Part shown: positions 27,411-32,000 of the stretch, one piece after another
Layout of the letters: every line of letters begins with the position of its first letter
Numbering within the stretch: position 1 is the first letter of the stretch
Source: an uncultured Clostridia bacterium
Lineage (GTDB): Bacteria; Bacillota; Clostridia; TANB77; CAG-508
DNA: 32,000 bases
Assembly: GCA_947623725.1 (NCBI GenBank)
Contig: CANQHI010000010.1
Span: 7,130-39,129, forward strand
Direction: 5' to 3'
Made by a program: the position numbers and the translations under genes
Notes under the pieces: model-generated
Seen by the model: the letters and a program-made list of their open reading frames with translations, nothing else
Database searches by the model: none
Told to the model about the DNA's origin: nothing

Positions 27411-28277
27411 TTATTTTTTTAGCATTGACATAATATTTGTGAATCTACCAGAAACATCAACACTTAATCCACCGAATATTTCTCGAACATAACTGTTAAT
27501 TTTAGTCAATAACAAAATTCCAGAAACAATTAAAATTTTATTTTGTTCATCTATTGAAAAAATAATCATAATAATTAATGGAAAAAAAGATTGAAGTATT
27601 AGTAAAGAAAATAGACATTTTGCCCATGAACGAAAAATCCACATTGTTGAAGAATTGATTAAGCTAAGTAAAGCAAATGGTGAAAAGAGGATAAGTACTT
27701 CTACTAGTACATATCGTAAGGAATAAGTAAAAAGTAAGTTGACTAAACCAATACTAATAAAACTTTTAAGTATACCATCTAATGAAAATATATCTAATGA
27801 AGATGATCCGCCTATGGATATAGTAGTATTTAATTTTGAAACTAACTCAGAAAAAGATATTTCAGAACCTAATATATTTTTTCCGATTTCTTGAATAGAT
27901 GATGAAAATAGATTATTTATATAAAGAACTTTTTCCATTAAAAAATATGAAAAATTAATTAAAATAGAAAAAATTAATAATTTAAAAATAAATTGATATG
28001 GTTTTTCGATATTTGATTCTGTAAAATGTGAAAGATAAAATTTAACACAATAGAATATTGTAATACCAAGTAAAAGGGCATCAGTTATATATAAAAGTCC
28101 ATTTTTTCCATTTAAGCCAAGAACTTTTTCAAAAAAAGAATTAGATAAAATGCTTGAATCAATAAATGCTACTCTATCTAAATTAGCATATATACTATTA
28201 TCTATTGAAGAAAAAACATTGTTAAAAATTGTATTAATTGTTTCTATAATTAAATCAATAATTTCAGATTGTTCCAA
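27411..28277 (-). CDS. Polytopic membrane protein, VirB6/TrbL-like (start revised to TTG at 28277)
   Basis: About 288 aa with 5-6 hydrophobic helices. SD AGGAGG (28287-28282) sits 4 nt before in-frame TTG. The 43 extra N-terminal codons in the ORF track are Y/F/I-only translation of the A/T-only spacer. Confidence 0.6.
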   Translation of the reverse strand: MEQSEIIDLIIETINTIFNNVFSSIDNSIYANLDRVAFIDSSILSNSFFEKVLGLNGKNGLLYITDALLLGITIFYCVKFYLSHFTESNIEKPYQFIFKLLIFSILINFSYFLMEKVLYINNLFSSSIQEIGKNILGSEISFSELVSKLNTTISIGGSSSLDIFSLDGILKSFISIGLVNLLFTYSLRYVLVEVLILFSPFALLSLINSSTMWIFRSWAKCLFSLLILQSFFPLIIMIIFSIDEQNKILIVSGILLLTKINSYVREIFGGLSVDVSGRFTNIMSMLKK

Positions 28278-28495
28278 ATTTCCTCCTAAAAAATACAAAT
28301 AAAAATAGTAAATAAAATAATTAATTATAAATAAATAAAAATAATAATAAATAATTAATAAGTAATTAATAAAATAATGATAATAATAAAATAAATAATA
28401 AATCAAATAATTAAAATAAAAAATAAAAACAAATAATAAATAAAATAATAAAATAAATAATTAAATAATAATTTAAAATAAAAATAAATTTAATT
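28278..28495. repeat. A/T-only low-complexity spacer
   Basis: About 215 nt of aaataaaataat-type sequence with a handful of G/C, A-rich on the + strand, between two minus-strand T4SS genes. Confidence 0.75.
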
Positions 28496-28927
28496 TTAAA
28501 TCAAAGATTTAATTGCTTGTAAAATTAAATCTAAGGCAAGTAAAAAAGCATAAGAAAATAAAGAGCCTTTTATTATTTTTTTTGCAGTTCTAATTCGTTC
28601 CTCATCTCCAAAACTAAATTTTTTCATGAAAACTCCAACACCGACAGCTACTGCAGCAGCCGGAGTGGCTAATTTCAAAAACCAATCTTCAATATTTTCA
28701 AATGCTTTTGTTAAAGTATTTACGATTTTTGGAGTCGCGGCAAATGTTTTTTTTTGGAAAAAAATTATTGGAAATATAATAAATAATATAAAAAATATTT
28801 TTTTAATAATTATTTTATTATTTTGATAAAAAAAGTGAATTTTTTTGCTAATTTGATTAAAAAAATGATTTTTTTTATATTTTTTTATATTAAATTTATT
28901 AATTTTCTTTATTTTATAAAAATTCAA
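28496..28927 (-). CDS. VirB2/TrbC-like pilin-type protein
   Basis: 143 aa, TTG start 8 nt after SD AAGGAGG. Long basic N-terminus, hydrophobic leader ending TFA-ATP. Then two hydrophobic helices (PAAAVAVGVGVF and SLFSYAFLLALDLILQAI) separated by a charged loop. Confidence 0.55.
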   Translation of the reverse strand: MNFYKIKKINKFNIKKYKKNHFFNQISKKIHFFYQNNKIIIKKIFFILFIIFPIIFFQKKTFAATPKIVNTLTKAFENIEDWFLKLATPAAAVAVGVGVFMKKFSFGDEERIRTAKKIIKGSLFSYAFLLALDLILQAIKSLI

Positions 28928-28977
28928 TTAAATAACCTCCTTAAGTACATAATGATTTTTCGTTAAAAAATTATAAT

Positions 28978-30646
28978 TTATTTTTCTTCATTTTTAAAAT
29001 AAGGTATCATTTTTAATTTCATAGGTTTAAGGATTTTTGATCCATCTGATAGAAATGCTAAAGATTTAAAAGTAGTTAGTTCTTGAGTAAAAAATTTGTA
29101 ATCGTATTTGAAATCAAATTGAGTGTATGAATTAACACTTTCAGAAATATTTGAGTCTATAGAAACAAAGTTTTTAGCAAAATAATTATAAAAACTTTCT
29201 TTAGAGTTTTCAGAAAAAGATTTTGATAGCTTTTCTTTTTCTTCTTTTCCAATTTGTTTTTGAATATCTTCAATTGTAAAAATATCATCACATCTAAACC
29301 ATATTTTATTTACTAGGTTTTGAATAATTACCTTTGTAGAGTATTGGTTATTTAAAGTATTTAGTATAGATGTATAACTTTGAGTTGCAATAATATTAAT
29401 ACATTTTGATTCTCTACTTTGTGAGAAAAATGAAGCATCGGAAGAAGTGACATATTCTTGATATTCGTCTGATATAAATACAGAAGGTTTAATTTGTTTA
29501 TTTTTTTGAGATAATTGTTTTAAAATATCAGTTTGATAGTCAAGCTTTAAATAGGTTGCTATAATTTTAGATAAATTCTTAAATTCAGATATATTCATAT
29601 TTAAAACTACTATTTTTCCATTTTTTAAAACATCTTCAAATCCAAAAAAACTTTCATTTTCTTTTGAAGGACAAAAAGTGTTTTTTACATCTAGACTGGA
29701 AACAAAACAATTAGTTATTCTTGTTATTTCAGACTTTAGAAGATTATAAGTTCTATCGTCTAGAGAAAAGTAATCTTTTTCTAAAATATTTATTGAACTG
29801 TATAAGTCAAAAATATTATCTTTTGTCAATTTATTAGATAAAAACTTTTTTCTGGCTATAGAGATTTTTTCTTCAAAGTAAGATTTATCAATAACTAAAT
29901 TATGTAGTTCTTCAAAAGTAACATATCCATCATTGTAAATTCTACAAAACTTTATACAAGCTTCTAAAATTTGTTCTGATTTATCTAACCAATAAGATTC
30001 AGAGTTATTGGGGGAAAATAACATTAATATTTCTTTTAATCTATTGGCAAGAACAGAAGCTTTTAAGTTAGGCTTGTCAAGTGGATTGTATGTATACTTA
30101 CCACCGAAGTTCTATTATAATTACATCATTCAATCTATGAAATTCTTTTGCAAATTCTAAAACTTTTAGATAATAATTTCCTTTAACATCTAGTATTAAA
30201 AAGCTTAATTTATCACTATTGTATGAATTATACTTCATAAGCTGTTTTGTAAAAGGATATAATGCTGATGAAGTTTTTCCTGAACCTATTGTGCCCGTAA
30301 TTAGAATATTTTGATATAAACCTTTCTCTGGAATATATATCTTATTATCATTTTCATCTGTACCAACTAAAATGCCAAATGTAGGGGCATGTTTTTGAAT
30401 TATGGATTTGTTCTTTTTTATTCTAAAAAATGAAAACCAAAAAAGAGTTAGGAAAATTGTAGAAAATATTGAGGTAATTATGAAAACGATTTTAGTAATA
30501 TTCCATAAAAATGGGTCTTGTAATAGAAAATTAAATATCTTAAAATGACTGTAATAGCTTATATTATAAGATGTTAATATGGATTTATATAAATTAATTT
30601 CTAAAAAAGTTATGATGAATGAAAATATTATAGGTAAAAAATACAA
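28978..30646 (-). pseudogene. VirD4/TraG-type type IV coupling protein interrupted by a frameshift near 30100-30110
   Basis: ORF 30646-30098 has two N-terminal TM helices plus Walker A GTIGSGKTSS (about 30272-30295) and ends ...DVIIIELRW*. The downstream frame is open from 30111 as NFGGKYTYNPLDKPNLKASVLANRL... and continues through Walker B VFISDEYQEY and IIATQS. Removing the single C at 30106 (5th of the nine nt cac cga agt, 30102-30110) restores ...IIIELGGKYTYNPL. Confidence 0.8.
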
Positions 30647-31007
30647 TGTAGATTATTAAATTTCCTCCTTCTGTGTTAATTTCAGTTTTAGTTTTGAACC
30701 TTGCATATTATGAAAAAATAAAATTTGAATAATACTGTAAATTGAACCAAAACTTATGAGACAATTGATTATTAGATTTATAAAAAATAAATCAATAAGT
30801 GTTAAAATATATAATCACTCCTTCCAATATCTACCATTATACAACATATTTTTTATTTTGTCTATACTTTTTTGAAAATTTATGATAAAATATTTTAAGT
30901 TACTAAAAACATATTTTTAAATATGAAGTAAAGGTTTATAGGTAAAACCATAAAAACCTAAATATTATAAGGAGTATAAGATGATAAAAATCATCTAAAA
31001 TAAAGAT

Positions 31008-31193
31008 ATGAAAATTGAGAAAGATATGAAAATAGGAGAATTATTAGAAGTTGCTCCAGAAAAAGTTGATATATTGTTAGATGCAGGAATGCATTGCGTT
31101 GGTTGTCCAGCTTCACAAGATGAAACAATTGAAGAAGCTTGCATGGTACATGGAATAGATGTAGAAGAAGTAGTAGAAGCATTGAACAAATAA
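31008..31193 (+). CDS. DUF1858 / hybrid-cluster-protein-associated redox disulfide domain protein
   Basis: 61 aa. GMHCVGCPASQDETIEEACMVHGIDVEEVVEALN is the family signature. The true start may be ATG 31026. Confidence 0.8.
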   Translation: MKIEKDMKIGELLEVAPEKVDILLDAGMHCVGCPASQDETIEEACMVHGIDVEEVVEALNK

Positions 31194-31224
31194 TTAAATA
31201 ATAAAATAAAAAATGTACAAAAAA

Positions 31225-31254
31225 ATCAACTGATGAAGAGTCAGTTGATTTTTA
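31225..31254. terminator. Bidirectional terminator between convergent genes
   Basis: Stem atcaactga (31225-31233) / tcagttgat (31241-31249), A-run before, T-run after. Confidence 0.7.
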
Positions 31255-31256
31255 AG

Positions 31257-32000
31257 TTATATATTCCAACCACCGTTTATTTGTAAGATTTGACCTGTAA
31301 TATAAGAATTTTTTTCTAAAAAAAGTACACATTTAGCTATATCAGATGGTAATCCTATTCTTCTAACAGGTACTTCATTTAGAAGATTTGTTTTTTCTTG
31401 TTCTGATAAAAAAGAATTCATTTCTGTATCGATAATTCCGGGAGCAATGCTATTTACTCTTATATTTGATGGTCCAAGTTCTTTTGCTAAAGATTTAGTC
31501 ATTGCATCTAATCCAGCTTTACTAATTGAATAAGCCATTTCACAGGAAGCTCCAATTAGTCCCCATATTGAAGAAATATTAATGATATTACCAAACTTTT
31601 GATTAATCATATACTTAGAAACTTCTTTAGAAGAATAAAAAGCAGAATATAAATTAGTTTTCATTATATTATCAAAATCTTCTATTGAGGTATCATTAAT
31701 AGTCTTTACTAAATCAATTCCTGCGTTATTTACAAGTAAATCAATGTGATTAAATTTTTTTATTGTAAAATCAACTAAAGCTTGTACTTCAATATAATTT
31801 GATATATCTGCTTTAAAAGGATATATGTTTTTATAATCTTGGGCAATTCTTTCTGCTAATTCTTTAGATTTATTATAATTAAGTATAACAATATAACCAT
31901 TTTGAGATAAGGTTTTCACAATTTCCGCACCTATTCCACGGGAACCACCTGTAACAATTGCAACTTTATGCTGAATATTTTTTTCTAGATTTTCTTCCAT
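31257..32000 (-). CDS. Short-chain dehydrogenase/reductase, FabG-like 3-oxoacyl-ACP reductase
   Basis: 247 aa. TGGSRGIG Rossmann motif, NNAG, catalytic YSISKAG (YxxxK), PGIIDT. ATG lies exactly at the window edge, so the upstream context is unseen. Confidence 0.8.
   Translation of the reverse strand: MEENLEKNIQHKVAIVTGGSRGIGAEIVKTLSQNGYIVILNYNKSKELAERIAQDYKNIYPFKADISNYIEVQALVDFTIKKFNHIDLLVNNAGIDLVKTINDTSIEDFDNIMKTNLYSAFYSSKEVSKYMINQKFGNIINISSIWGLIGASCEMAYSISKAGLDAMTKSLAKELGPSNIRVNSIAPGIIDTEMNSFLSEQEKTNLLNEVPVRRIGLPSDIAKCVLFLEKNSYITGQILQINGGWNI

Noticed and set aside
28278-28406. N-terminal 43 residues of ORF 27411-28406 (MIYYLFYYYHYFINYLLIIYYYFYLF...).
   Set aside because: This is Tyr/Phe/Ile-only translation of the A/T-only spacer. 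A strong SD (AGGAGG) followed by in-frame TTG at 28277 marks the real start.
1451-31189. Short ORFs antisense to or overlapping well-supported genes: 1451-1657, 3793-4068, 5034-5255, 5875-6084, 12271-12519, 13305-13499, 16504-16848, 17714-17992, 17809-18057, 19249-19449, 20665-20934, 21822-22214, 24228-24713, 26502-26705, 28626-28826, 30991-31182, 30995-31189.
   Set aside because: Each lies inside or opposite a gene with clear family motifs. They have low-complexity Leu/Phe/Ile/Ser-rich translations typical of antisense frames in AT-rich DNA, and no SD.

Overview
Origin-of-replication region of a very AT-rich (about a quarter G+C by eye) Firmicutes/Clostridia-like chromosome. The core layout is canonical. 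On the minus strand: mnmG-mnmE-jag-yidC-yidD-rnpA-rpmH. Then a bipartite oriC flanks dnaA, with DnaA boxes, a readable DnaA-trio run and an AT-rich unwinding element. On the plus strand: dnaA-dnaN-recF-gyrB ... gyrA. Next come a convergent DnaD-like/DnaC-like helicase-loader pair and, at the right edge, a DUF1858 redox protein and a FabG-like SDR. The non-canonical part is accessory DNA on both sides of gyrA. (1) A 9.9-kb island sits between gyrB and gyrA. It carries a VirB4-type ATPase cut by one in-frame TAA, an overlapping TadZ/CpaE-like pseudo-receiver + ParA/MinD ATPase, an 18-bp tandem repeat, and a 238-aa orphan. It also carries an IS66-family element with a perfect 8-bp target duplication, and a 1017-aa LRR-CAP-Big2-dockerin surface protein. 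(2) A minus-strand block at 27.1-30.8 kb holds a frameshifted VirD4-type coupling protein plus VirB2/TrbC-like, VirB6/TrbL-like and TcpE/VirB3-like genes. Together these form a type IV secretion gene set with no relaxase, integrase or cell-wall hydrolase in the window. It is broken at the usual VirB3->VirB4 junction, with the two halves in opposite orientation around gyrA and the loader genes. This is the best candidate for something unusual: either a decaying ICE rearranged next to oriC or a reduced/domesticated T4SS-like system. Other oddities are three A/T-only repeat tracts (one about 540 bp with only about a dozen G/C), a GC-rich 80-bp core held by 22-bp perfect inverted repeats between recF and gyrB, and a 28-bp perfect palindrome made of two DnaA boxes after dnaN. 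All product calls rest on motifs read by eye. No database search was run.
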